A DNA stretch of 64,000 bases, taken from assembly GCA_030390025.1 (NCBI GenBank), contig CM059432.1, positions 68,326,001 to 68,390,000 of the forward strand. Reading direction: 5' to 3'. Below, one piece after another: positions 11,997-24,142 of the stretch. The translations under genes and the position numbers were made by a program. The notes beneath the pieces were generated by a model. It searched no databases. It had not been told where the DNA came from and saw nothing but the letters and a program-made list of their open reading frames with translations. The DNA comes from Squalus acanthias (lineage: Eukaryota). Numbering within the stretch: the stretch's first letter is position 1; each line of letters opens with the position of its first letter.

Positions 11997-12863
11997 GGGC
12001 TGGAGTTTACCAGCCCTGAGGAGGCGGGTTTGGAGGCGGGACTGCTGGGAAAGTCAAAAAGAATGGGAGCAGGTCCCGAACCCGCTCCCAACCCGGCTCC
12101 AACCAATCTTCCCGGGAGTCAGGTCCCCGATTTGCGCAGGGACCCGACTCCTAGTAGTGAGAAGAGGATTATAACTACTTAACTGCCTATTAATAGGTAG
12201 TTAACAGGCAGTTAAGAGGCTTTTTCCAATTTTTAGACTTCTGCTGCGGGCTTCCCAATGTCGGGGAACCCTGCCAGGGTAAGTGAGGCATGCTGTGGGT
12301 CTGTTGTTATGTTGGTGTTTGAATGACAGCTGCAGCAGTGGTGTGAAGGATGCAATGGGACACTGGTGAGTATCAGAGGTAAGGAAATGTTGGGAAAGTC
12401 ATTTTTAATGTGTTTAGATTTTTCTGTAGGTGACAAGCTTTGAAGTGTTTGTGTGGCCTCACCTCAATGGGAGAAGTAACAGGTCGCTTCTGTACCCTCA
12501 CCTACAGCTGCCATCTGTTTCATCCTAAGGAGAGAGTCACTGGAGAGCCTGAGTGCAAGGGCTCACCTGTGTACAGTGATTGTCAGTGTTTGATAGCACC
12601 TCAATGCTATCAAACACTGTCAAATCATCTGTCAAAAATTTATGGTTCATGTGCCTTTAAAAAAAACGGCAGGTGAAGCGTCATCAACCGACGTCATCTG
12701 ACACCGGCTTTCCCTTAATTGGCCAGCAAGCCCACAGGGCGGGCTTAACAAGGCCATTCAGAGGAAAACAGCGTCTGTGCGTCGGACGTTGCTGGGGGCG
12801 GGACTAGAACCCAGTAGGCAGCAGTCCCGTCCCCAACGCGTCTCGGTGAGTAAAATCCAGCCC
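11997..12863. mobile_element. Harbinger MITE nested in copy C, TSD CTA
   Basis: TIRs GGGCTGGAGTTTAC / GTAAAATCCAGCCC; CTA at 11994-11996 and 12864-12866. Confidence 0.9.
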
Positions 12864-13148
12864 CTAACGTCCGCCGGCAGCATGCAGAGCAGGTAGATGA
12901 TGACTTCAATCAGCATGCAACGCTGAGTTGACGCCAGCGCTGCCCTTTTGGAGCTCCATGCTCCAGCCTACGCCCTCTCTTAACCTCACACAGCGTAACA
13001 TGATGTTAAACGGCATGATGGACCCCCCCATCAGCACTATTTGAAGGGATCATCAACTACTTGCAAGTTAGTTGCTGGTTTATTTCAACTGGCTGTTGGT
13101 GCAATTCTACATGTTTGGGGTGCTTTTTCTAGTTGGTTAAAGTTTCAA

Positions 13149-13828
13149 GGGGGAAAATTGGCTCGCGTCCCCTTTGGGGCAATAACTTCGCCGTGACGCT
13201 ACTTTTAACGCCCCGAAAAAGTTAGCACCCCCGTGCCCGAAATTCAAAGGTAGCGCCCCAAGCAGGAGGCGGGGCGCTATTGGAAGTGTGCCCCCTCCCT
13301 CTTGGGGTGCTCCCATTGAATATCGCGGCGCTACGTGCAGCCAACACGTAGCACCGCGGTACTACAGGCCTCTCACCCCTGATTAAAGGGGAGGGTCCTA
13401 GTGCAGCATGCACCGGGGCCCTGCTGGACCACTGGAGAGCAGGGTGCCGGCAATAGAGCCCGGCACTCAAGAGGAGCGCCAGGCTGATGGATCGTGGCCG
13501 GCACCCCGCAGGAGGAGGCCAGAGGGGGCAGGTGCTGGCAGGCGGCCCAAAAAAAATGGCTTCCCGGCACCTGCCCTTTAATTATCGCTGCCCCGGCCGC
13601 AAAAACACCACACTGACCCTGTCGGACATAGCGTCCGGTGGTAGGTCAGGGGGCGCGAGCGGGGCGATGTGCATGACGATGACATCTTCACTGGAGGCAC
13701 AGCGCCGCGGGGCGCTACCGGCTACTGCCGCATCTAACCTCCAGCTGAATTTCATGGGAGGCGTTAGCGACGCCATGCCCGGGCTCTCGGGGCGCTAACA
13801 AGGTGCAAAGCAACCAAATTTTTCCCCC
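13149..13828. mobile_element. Harbinger MITE nested in copy C, TSD CAA
   Basis: GGGGGAAAATTGG ... CCAAATTTTTCCCCC; CAA at 13146-13148 and 13829-13831; absent from copy E. Confidence 0.9.
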
Positions 13829-13912
13829 CAATAGTCGATAGGGAGGGTGTGGCAGGTGCTGAAGTACATTTTTGCTGACAAAGGCTTCTGCACAGATCAG
13901 TTGCTCCCAGAC

Positions 13913-15054
13913 ATGGGTGGCCAAGTAGGCCTTGCTCTTGGCATTGAACATGACTGGGAGAATGAAGAGAGGCTACACAGAGCAGGACAAGCAAATAGAA
14001 GAGGGAGGAGGAGGAGGAGCAGAAGGGCTCTCAGCAGAAGGCCATATCCGCAGGGGATGTTCAGGAAGCAATTCTTGTACCTGAACTTCAGCGACGACCA
14101 ATGCTTGAGACGTCTGCGCTTCACTAAAGAGGTTATTACCAAAATCTGCCAACTGCTGCAGCCACAACTTCAACCTCAGAGCAGGGCAAGCACTGCATTG
14201 CCTGTGGTTGTCAAGGTGCCCGTGGCTCTTTCCAAGCTGCTGCTGGAGATATAAGCAACATCTGCAGTGCACTGCTGTATGAGGGAAGTCACTGGGCTCT
14301 CTATACAAAGAGAGACATCATCATCTCATTCCCTCTTGCCAGAGACAAGCAGGCTGAGTGAGAATGAGTGTTTGCAGGCTTGCCAATAATGCAGGGTGCC
14401 TTTGAATGTATGCACATTGCTTTGTGTGCACTTCATGTCAACTCTGACATGTACCTGAATCGAAAGGGATTCCACTCCCTCAATGTGCAGCTGGTGTGTC
14501 ACCACAAGCAGTGCATCATGCCGTTGAATGCCCGTTATCCTGGCTGCATCTTGATGCATTCAATCTGCAGCAGTCCTCTGTGCCAGCTGTATTTCAACCA
14601 CCACGGCAAACCAAAGGGTGGCTATTGGGCGACAAGGCTTATCTGCTCACGACATGGCTCATGACTCTGGTGTGTAACCCATGCACATGTGCACAGCAGG
14701 CATACAATGAGAGCCATACTGCCACAAGTAATCTTATAGAGCAGATCATTGGTATCCTAAATCAACAATTCTGCTGCCTGGACCGCTCTGGAGGAGCCCT
14801 GCAGTACTCAGCTGAGCAGGTCTCAAGATTTGTCGTGGTAAGCTGCATGATGTACAGCCTGGCCATCATAAGGGAACAGCCCTTGCCACCACCTATCAGG
14901 CGAGAAGCTGAGGAGCATGATGAGGAGAAGGCAGAGGAGGAGGAGGAAGAGGAAAATGGCAGAAGAGGAATAAGAGGAAGGGAGACTGCAACCTAGACAG
15001 CCCCTTTCTGCCCGGGCTCTACGTGAAGAACTAACTCAGCTGCGATACCAGTAA
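13913..15054 (+). pseudogene. Harbinger C transposase, degenerate
   Basis: RRPYP, RKGFHSLNVQLVC, GWLLGDKAY and an acidic tail; several frameshifts and deletions. Confidence 0.9.
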
Positions 15055-15209
15055 CCTCAACACCAATTCCTCATTCACCAACAGTCTCACACTCCTTACC
15101 TTTTCTGTGTCACTGACCATCACATTGTTCTTTCCCACAATGAAAAAATAAAAGCCAACACAGAATACACATTCCAATCCAAATTTATAAATTAAATCAT
15201 GCCATAGTG

Positions 15210-16685
15210 TAGGGATTCTCAATCTTTTTGCTTTCGAGCCCACCACCACCCTCCCACCCAATGTTATAAAAATTCCACGGACCCCCTGTAACAGAGCACA
15301 AGTATTTTTTCTGTATAAAAATTAGTTAATTGTTATTAATAGCTCTATTATAACCTTACGTAAAGAAAAATGTATTAAGTCCTAAATTTACATAAACAAA
15401 ATACCGCGGACGTTGGAAATCTGAAATGAAAACAGAAAATGCTGGAATAACTCAGAAAGGTCAGCGACCTGAAATGTTAACTCTGTTTCTCTCTCCACAA
15501 TGCTGCCTGACCTGCTGAGTGCTTCCAGCATTTTCTGTTTTTAACCTAAATTTACATTATGTGCCCATTTGCTGCCCGAGGTTTGCTCCACCCCATCAAC
15601 CATTTGCTTAACTGGAAATGAACCAGAAGCAACAAGCGCAGTGCTCACTACAGGCATGTTTCGTGCACACTTGGTCGAACTGGACTAAAATTCCAGGTCC
15701 ACATCCTCCATTTCGGAAACAGAACTTCCCTCTTATTTCAATACCAAACCCCAACACAGCGGTGAAAGCCAGCGACTTGAATTAACAGCACCAGTAGTGG
15801 CAGAGGCGGATGGCACGAGAGAAATGGAGAAATAAACAGGGCCCTGAGTGACTTTACCCACCCAACCTCATCGCCATAAGTCCTTTAGTGACAAAGGCAG
15901 CCCCCTTCTTTCCTCCTCCCCAACCCTTTCATAAATATCTCAAAGCACATGAGCATCCAGACTAGGCCTATCCGTCAGAGAAGCACATGGCCATGAATAT
16001 AAAGCTCCGAGTCTGAGATACGGGGAAAATCGTGATAATGCCATCAGCTATTTTATTAACTCAGACTGAAGACATTGAAGGAGAGAGTCACACTGGATCC
16101 CGATTATTACGGCCTTGCCGAAGGCCCGGAGACTGGAAAGTCTTTTTCTTTCCTTCCTCCCCACCTTCAAGGCCACGTGACATGCGCGCGCTCTCTCCAT
16201 TGATGGCGCTCTTTTCAAACGCGCGAGACACAGAGCAGCTCCGCAAGAGGGGAAAGAAGAGTTGAAAGGAAGGCTCACAATACCTTGTCCCACGCAACGT
16301 CTGACTAACTCGCTGATTTCCTCACCATCATTTAATAGTTAAAAGAGCTGAGTGGAACATGGAAGCGAATAGGGCTGGAGGAATAGGGCTGGATCAAAAA
16401 AAAACTTACCGAGGTAATACTGCTGTAAAACTCAGTGACCCACAAAGGGATTGTCTAAGCATTCAAATGGTGTCCAACAGTAAGAACCTGAATTGACTGT
16501 GCATGCACAGTCTTTATAGCTGAGACTATTCCACTCGTCTCAATATATAGGGGAGACTACTAATGTTTATGCCATAAACATTAGTAGTCTCCCCTGTATA
16601 TAGATGGGACAAACCAACTGGCGGACCCACAGAAATGTTCTCACAGACCCCTCGGGGGCCACAGACCCCCAGTTGAAAAGCCCTG
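15210..16685. mobile_element. Non-autonomous hAT (Charlie-like) element, 8-bp TSD CCATAGTG
   Basis: TIRs TAGGGATTCTCAA / TTGAAAAGCCCTG; CCATAGTG at 15202-15209 and 16686-16693; copy E shows the empty site near 58140. Confidence 0.9.
15394..15544. mobile_element. Penelope-derived fold-back insertion (family B) inside the hAT
   Basis: Inverted AAAACAGAAAATGCTGGAA arms; 13-bp duplication CCTAAATTTACAT at 15381-15393 and 15545-15557. Confidence 0.85.
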
Positions 16686-16707
16686 CCATAGTGCCTACAA
16701 AAATAAA

Positions 16708-19461
16708 CTAATCACCCTTGTGCATTCCCTTAGTGCCTCTGTTTCTCTTAGTGCTTCTACGAGGTGCTTCCCCAGTAGCTACAGCATGGCTGGTGGAAGG
16801 TTGTTGACTTTCAGTGGAGAAGACCGCAGATGGCCTTGGAGGGCAACCTCGAGCAGCTCTGGGCCCAGAAGACCCGAATTCAGACTGCATCATCTCGGCC
16901 AGGGCTGCAGCAGTCTGGGCTGGCTGGCTGACAAGCAACAGCAAGGGCACTGGTGCAGTAACAGGGGTGGGAGCACGAATGCTGTCATCCTGATAGAGGA
17001 ACCATTGCCACTCACCTGGGGTGGCTCCTCAGCAATCCGAGTATTCTGTTGGAGAGCAAATTGCTGGAGTGCTGTGACACCCTGCAAACCCTTTGAACAG
17101 TGGTTTCTAGATCCATGATGGCAGCAAGTTGAGTTTCCTCTGCAGCACTCAGACGTTGGATGGCTGCTGCTTGTGCTGCAATGGAAGCTGAGATGTCGGA
17201 CATCAGATGCTGCATCATGGTTGGTTCCACAATTGAGCTGATGGAGGTAGCCATGTTGGAAAGGATGGGCTCCAAGCTCTGTGCAAAGCCCTGTGCCAAG
17301 TTAGTGCCGGACTCCTCCATGCTCTTTGACATTGAGCACAGGCTTTCTGGCAGGCCTACCAATGCACCAAGCATTTGGGTGTGTACACTCATCAGCCTTC
17401 TTCAGTAGCTTGGTCCATTGAAGCCATCATCTGAGTCCTCTGCAGCCTAACATCGGTGGTGGGGAAGTTAATGGAAACCATTATCAGGGACAAAATAAGC
17501 TTTCATTTTGAAAGACATGGGTTAATCAAGAAGAGCGAGCATGGATTTGTTAAAGGCAAATCCTGTCTTGATTGAATTCTTTGATGAGGTAACAGAGAAT
17601 GTTGATCAAGGTAGTGCAGTAGATGTTGTACATATGGACTTTCTGAAGGTATTCGACAAAGTGCCACACGGGAAGCTTATTAAGAAGGTGGAAGCCCATG
17701 GAATTAAGGGGAAAGTTGTGGTATGGATACAAAATTGGCTCAGTGACAGGAAGCAAAGGGTAGTGGTGGATAGATGTTTTTCAGACTAGGAGGTGGTTTG
17801 CAGTGGTGTTCTCCAAGGGTCAGTTTTGGGTCCAATATTCTTTTCAATATTTATAAATGACCTAGACTCGGGTGTAGGACAAAGCATTATAAAGTTTGCA
17901 GATGATACGAAACTTAGCAAAGTAGTAGATAGTGATGAGGATAGTTATTGGCTTCAGGATGACGTAGACAGGATGGTGAAATGGGCAGAAGCATGGCAGA
18001 TGGAGTCAATGTGGAGAAGTGTGAAGTAATGCACTAATATGGAAAGACAGTATACTATAAATGGCATGACTTCGAAAAGTGTAGATGAGCAGAGAGATTT
18101 TGGTGTCCATATACACAAATCCTTAAAGGTGGCAGGGCAAGTTGATAAGGTGGTTAAAAAAGCATATGGGTTACTTAGGTTTATAAATAGAGGCACAGAA
18201 TATAAAAGCAAACAGCTCCTGCTAGAACTTTATAAATCAGTGGTTAGGCATCAGTTGGAGTATTGTGGACAATTCTGAGAACACACTTCAGGAAGTTTGG
18301 ACTGTTCTCCTTGGAAGAGAGGAGGCTTAGAGGTGACCTAATAACGGTTTTCAAGATGATGGGCAGTTTGGATAGAGAAGATAAAGAAAAGTTATTCCCT
18401 CTGGTGAGTGGGTCAGTAACTAAAGGTCATAGATTCAAAATCATTGGCAAAAGGTCTAGAGGGAAGATGAGAATTTTTTTCACTCAGAGAGTTGTCAGGA
18501 TCTGAAACGCTCTACCTGAAAAGGTTATGGAAGCTGATTCCATAAATAATTTTAAAAGGGAGTTGGACAGGTACTTGAGGATGAGGAACTTACAGGATTA
18601 CGGACAAAAAGAGATGTGGGACTAAGCACGACTGCTCTTTCAATGAGCCAGCACAGGCACGACGGGCCGAATGGCCTCCTTCTCTGCTGTAAGTTTCTAT
18701 GATTCTATGGTTTTATGCTGACACCATCAGTAGCTTCTCAGTCAGAAGAGTTTGTGGGATGAGGGAGAAGTGCAATGAGAGAAGGAGGATTAGGTATGCG
18801 GATACCTTCATCTTCAATTGCTACAGCCCCATCGGTGGCCTCAGCAATGGCCCTTCCCATAATGGCCAGTACCGGTTAGAACATGCAGGCGTGTCTCTCC
18901 TCCTCTGGTTAGTTCCTGCTGCCTCGGTTGTGCGCCACCTTCTCGTGCAAAGAACGAGGGATGTGTGTCAGTGAGTGTCATGCAATCTGTTTGAGTGATG
19001 TGGCTGTCATGGTTGAATAGCTGCCAGTGTGTGCAAGCTGTGAGATGTGGGTTTGAGGCTTGCAACAGTGCTAAGTGTGTGAAGGTGAAGTGAAGCATAT
19101 GAATGTTAGGTATGAGTCCTGATTGATAGATTGTTGGTAGGTGAATGATGGGGGTGTGGTGAATTGAGCAGTGGCTAAGGCTAGTGGTGCAGTTGGTAGG
19201 ATATGGCATTTGAAGATGCATTCACTGACCTTGACCACTCGTGTGAGATCATAAATCTTCTTCCTGCACCTTATTCTATTTCTTGGAGCTATACTCCTCG
19301 CATTGACCTCCTTGGCTATTGCTTCCCACTGCCTTCTGAAGAAGTGCCCGGAGGGCCTCCTGAGGAGACAGGACATCTCTTCTCCATTCCAGCTCGTCAA
19401 CCAAGACCTTGAATGCAACATCCGAAAACCTTGGTGCCCACTCTCTCCCATGGTCAGCCAT
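16708..19461 (-). pseudogene. Harbinger C Myb/SANT gene, disrupted by a CR1
   Basis: MADHGREWAPRFSD...QWEAIAKEVNARS...CRKKIYDLTRVVK; exon 3 is homologous to 58162-58930. Confidence 0.85.
17448..18718 (+). mobile_element. 5'-truncated CR1 (RT), degenerate
   Basis: FDKVPH, QGSVLGP, KFADDTK; TTCTATGATTCTATG tail. Confidence 0.9.
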
Positions 19462-20019
19462 TGTTGATTGTTGCACAGAACACTATTCCCAATGATCTCA
19501 ACACCTCCAGCAGCCACAATGTATCTCCCCTTTAAGAGGTGCAGGCTAGCTTTAAGTAGCACTAGGCACTCATGATATTAGGCCCTCTGCTGTTGTGTGC
19601 AGCCAATGAACAGCGTGGAGAGTGCTGGCTGCATGCAGACATCATGGTAATGCGCAGACAGCAGGAATTTAGCGTCCTGGTTGCATTTCAATCGTGCAAC
19701 CATTTTCCTCCTTCAACTGGACCAGTTGTGGGATTGTGGCCTCTATGTACTGCTGGAAGGAACTGCTGTTCTCACTTTAGTTCCTGCCTACAGAGGCTTC
19801 AATTCCCGCTCTAGGATTAGTAACAGCGCTTCAAGGAGAGCGCGACCCAGTCCAATACATTAGCAGCCAGACTTAGGTAAAAGTGGCACTGGGGGAAGTG
19901 TGGTCCAGTTGGAGCTGATTTTTCTCAGCAGATGCTGACACTGGGACCTGGTAGCCAAAAAGTTGAGTGCTAATAGCCATGGAGCACACAACCAGTATCA
20001 GATATATAATAATCCTGAT

Positions 20020-20584
20020 ACAATAGCAAAATACTGCGGATGCTGGAAATCTGAAATAACAACAGAAAATGCTGGAAACACTCAGCAGGCCAGGCAGCAT
20101 CCGTGGAGAGAGAAACAATGTTAACATTTCAGGTCTGTGAACTTTCGTCAGAACTGGAAAAAGTTAGAGATGTAACAGGTTTTAAGCAGGTGCAAAGGCA
20201 GGGAAAGGGGGAGGGGAAGAAAGAACAAAAGGAACGGTCTGTGATAGGGTGGAAGGCAGGAATGGTTAAATATTGCAAATGAGGATGATAGAATAATCGA
20301 TAGCTGCCATGTGAAAAAATAGGGGCAGGGATTATAGTCTGAAATTGTTGAACCCAGTGTTGAGTCCAGAAGGCTGTAAAGTGCCTAATCGAAAGATGAG
20401 GTGCTGTTCCTCGAGCTTACGTTGAGCTTTGTTGGAACAGTGTAAGAGGCTGAGGACAGAGAGATCAGAGTGGGAGTGGAGCGGAGAATTAAAGTGACAG
20501 GCGACCGGAAGCTCGGGGTCATCCTTACGGACTGAACGGAGGTGTTTTGCACAGCGGTCACCCAATCTGTGTTTGGTCTCCCCA
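20020..20584 (-). mobile_element. 5'-truncated Penelope-like element: GIY-YIG C-terminus + pseudo-LTR (family B parent)
   Basis: GETKHRLGDR..HLRSV...PVACHFN...RKLEEQHLIFRLGTLQPSGLN; hammerhead motif at 20120-20155 (-); 14-bp duplication ATAATAATCCTGAT at 20006-20019 and 20585-20598. Confidence 0.9.
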
Positions 20585-22379
20585 ATAATAATCCTGATCT
20601 TGGCCTAATGCTTTGACCACTGAGGTAGGGGGGCGGGGCGGTGGAAAGTGGAGGGTGGAGGCGGAGAGGGTTCTATTGCTTCTGCTTTGTCCACTACCTT
20701 TTACGATGGCCAGATTGTGCACAGCAGTTAAATAGTTGCGCTATCAGTAAAAGTTTATGGAAGTTATATAGCACAACTACTAGCTGATACATTGATGCAG
20801 TGATCAACTGAGTATGCACTACACTAAAGAGAAGACATTCCAACTCCAATGGAATAGATGCACATTGCAACATAAGAGTAGATACACTCGGTGGAAGCCT
20901 TGAATATATTTTTGAAATGTGTATCTTGCTAAAAGCAAGAAAAGTAGTTCCTCTTTATCTGTCTGAATCAGATTGCTGTCTTATTTTTATCGCAAACTGA
21001 TATTAATAGAAGGTAACTTTAGTTGGTCTGTTAAATTTAGTAGAAACATGCCACATGCAGACATATCTCACACTAATTTAGTTAAGCTGAATACCTTCAA
21101 TAATACTGAAAGGATTATCACGCAGACAAGACCATCTGTTCTTGGGAATGTAATAACTCCTAATACTAAAGCAAGGCATTACAGACTCATGGAGTGCAGA
21201 AATAGAGTACAGCTCTTGATAATGAGATTAATGCTTCATTGTTTTTACTGTTTAAACTGTATTAGACATAGCTAGATGTGAAGATAGCCTACAAAAACTC
21301 AAGTATATAGATTCAGATGGAGGCATGTAGTTTATTCTTTTATCTGTCTCCACATTAAAGAGCTGTACAAAATTGTAGATCATCTGTAAGCCTGAATGCT
21401 GTTCTAATGCGCATTGGATAAGGCAGTTTCATTGACAGTAGATAATCCAGTTTTGTCACTTCAACTACAAACAGGTTATGTAGGCTCAGCTTTGACATAT
21501 ATGGACCTTTCCTGAGAGCAGGGAAAATACAAACAGCTATCGACAAATGAAAATTAATGCCTAAGTGTAAGATAAATAAGTGTCATCTTGTTGTTCAAAA
21601 GAAGATTATACAGAGTCCAGGAATACTTCCAGCTTTCCTCAATGTGGAGAAGATTCTTCACTCAGGTCAGAGCTCGGCAGTATGCTGAAGGTTGCCAAGC
21701 AACGGAAATCATCCAAATTGAAAATGAGCAGAAAAATGAAGGGCTACAACTACTTAAGGTAAATGTTGGGTGAGACCATTTTATTAATTCAGCAATGAGG
21801 TGCTCTCTGTCAGTAACAGCTATATGGTGAGTCATATGATAAAGTATTATTTTTGACACTGCTGTGTAGTCAGTTTTATTTGAAGCCACTAAAATGATCA
21901 ATTCACACAATATTTTACATTTACATTCTCAGACCACTTTATGTTTGAATAAATTGAAATGTATTTGTAAATTTACCAGAAAAAGTAGACCATACTAAGT
22001 GTACTTTAATAAACTGTGGCTTAGCAGAGGATATTATATTGTATTGGTCTACTTAGAGTCATATTTTCTCTCTTCAATAATGTTAACAAAAATACAAGTA
22101 AAATGTGGTGTAATGCTGATAGAAAGCGCTCACAGAATGTTTGTCTGGGTTTAGTGCTGCTCTAAGGATTCCTCCTACTCCAGAATGACTTCATGAACTT
22201 TAGCAAACAGTATTTTTTTCAGGTCAGACCTGACATAAGTAAACTTAATGAATATGAAGATTATGAACTGTCAGCACAACAGTGAAAGAATTGAAAGTAT
22301 AGAGGAGGTTTTGGCTCCAGACCATGGGGGCAATGATTATGTTGCAGGCACAGAGGCACGCTTGCTCTGTGGAGACATC

Positions 22380-23043
22380 GGGCTGGATTTTCATTGACTC
22401 GTGGAGGCGGGTTTGGAGGCGTGTGGGGGTTAAAATTGCAAAAACTGGCGGGCGGGCACAAGTCCGCCTCCATCCCGCCTCTACGCAATTTTCATTAAAT
22501 CGTGTCTGCTGGTCCCGACTCCGTCCCGCCTTTAAGAGGCGGGATAGGCTGTTAAGGCCCTTAACAAGCACTAAATTGGCTCTATAATGCCATTTTGAAA
22601 GGCCTTTGTGATTTTAACCCTTGTTCTACGTGAAGCACGCCTGTTCTGAACCACGATTGTGAAACCTGGCGGGAGCAGATTTGGCTGGCTGGCTGGCTGG
22701 CTGGCTATGGGGATGCATATGTGGATGGAGAGGAGACATATCTGGGAGTGGTGGTGTAAAAATATCTGGGAGCAGACTTAGGGCTGCTGCTCATTTTGCA
22801 GGTCCTCTCACAGCAAAGGCCAGGCAGTCTTTGAAGACCTTCAATGCAGCAACAATGATGACATCATCAGAGGCGACTTTCAGACTGAAACCACTAATTG
22901 GTTCATGGGTTCCCACATGCTGGAACTCAATTGCCCAATTAGGTGAAAATTGCATCAATCTCCCACATCCAATTGCAGTCGGGTGGATAACACGAAAAGT
23001 GGATGACACGACCCCAACCTGCCCCAGTATCAAAATCCAGCCC
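22380..23043. mobile_element. Harbinger MITE (related to copy B), TSD ATC
   Basis: Perfect 12-bp TIR GGGCTGGATTTT; ATC at 22377-22379 and 23044-23046. Confidence 0.92.
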
Positions 23044-24142
23044 ATCAACTGCGATAGTGTGGAGCTGATAATATCGTCCCAACATAGCAAATTGTGTTCT
23101 GACTATGTCTGTATCCAACTGAGTTGCCCTTACATGATAGTGCAATAATGTACTGGAGTGCCATGGGAATCAAGAACCAGAGAAGGGCTGCTAGTGGCCT
23201 TTACAACACCAAAAGTTTTTTTTATGTTTAAGGTGGTGGACTCCTAAGTTTTTTTCAGGATTTGGCAAAAAATGGGGCAGCAAGGTAGGGTGGTCCTGCA
23301 AGGGAGCAAGGCAGTTCTGTGAAATCATTCATTTTTTATCCATCTGTCATTCAATTTCTGTATTTCTCTGTATTTGTTGATTTAACGAGTGAGGCAGGTA
23401 TGGGGAACCAGGAGGTAGTGGTGGAGGAGCCTCCGCCCTTGCTCTTATCCAACAGTTACGAGGTTCTTACTCTCTGTGTGGGCGAGAGCAGGGACTGCAG
23501 TGAGGATGAGCAAACTGACCACAGCAGCATGGTACAGGGAGCCATTCAAGTAGAGGGAGCAAAAAGAAATGTGGTAGTGGTAGGGGACATTATAGTTAGG
23601 GTGATAGATACTGTTTTCTGCAGCCGAGAGCGTGAGTCCCGAAGGCTGTGTTGCCTGCTCAGTGCCAGGGTAAAGGACATCTCCTCTGGGCTGGAGAGGA
23701 ACTTAGAGTGGGAGGGGAAAGATCCAGTTGTCGTGGTCCATGTAGGTACCAATGACATAGGTAGGACAAAGAAAGAGGTTCTGCTGAGGGAGTATGAGCA
23801 GCTAGGGGCTAAATTAAAAAGCAGAACCACAAAGGTAATAATCTCTGAATTACTACCTGCACCACGTGCAAATTGGTATAAGGTAAATAAGATCAGAGAG
23901 ATGAACGAGTGGCTCAAAGATTGGTGTGGGAGAAATGGGTTTCGATTCCTGGGGCACTGGCACCAGTACTGGGATAAGAGGGAGCTGTTCCATTGGGACA
24001 GGCTTCATTTGAACCAGGCTGAGACCAATGTCCTGGCGAATCGAATAACTAGGGCTGTAGATAGGGCTTTAAACTAAATAGTTGGGGGGAGGAATACGCT
24101 GAGCGGAAATTAAAAAAGTCAAAGAAAAATGGGAAGGCAAAA

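Larger units (their letters stand above)
11867..19711 (+). mobile_element. Harbinger copy C, heavily nested
   Basis: Colinear with copy E (56333-59348) once nested inserts are removed; termini are degenerate, so the ends are approximate. Confidence 0.82.
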
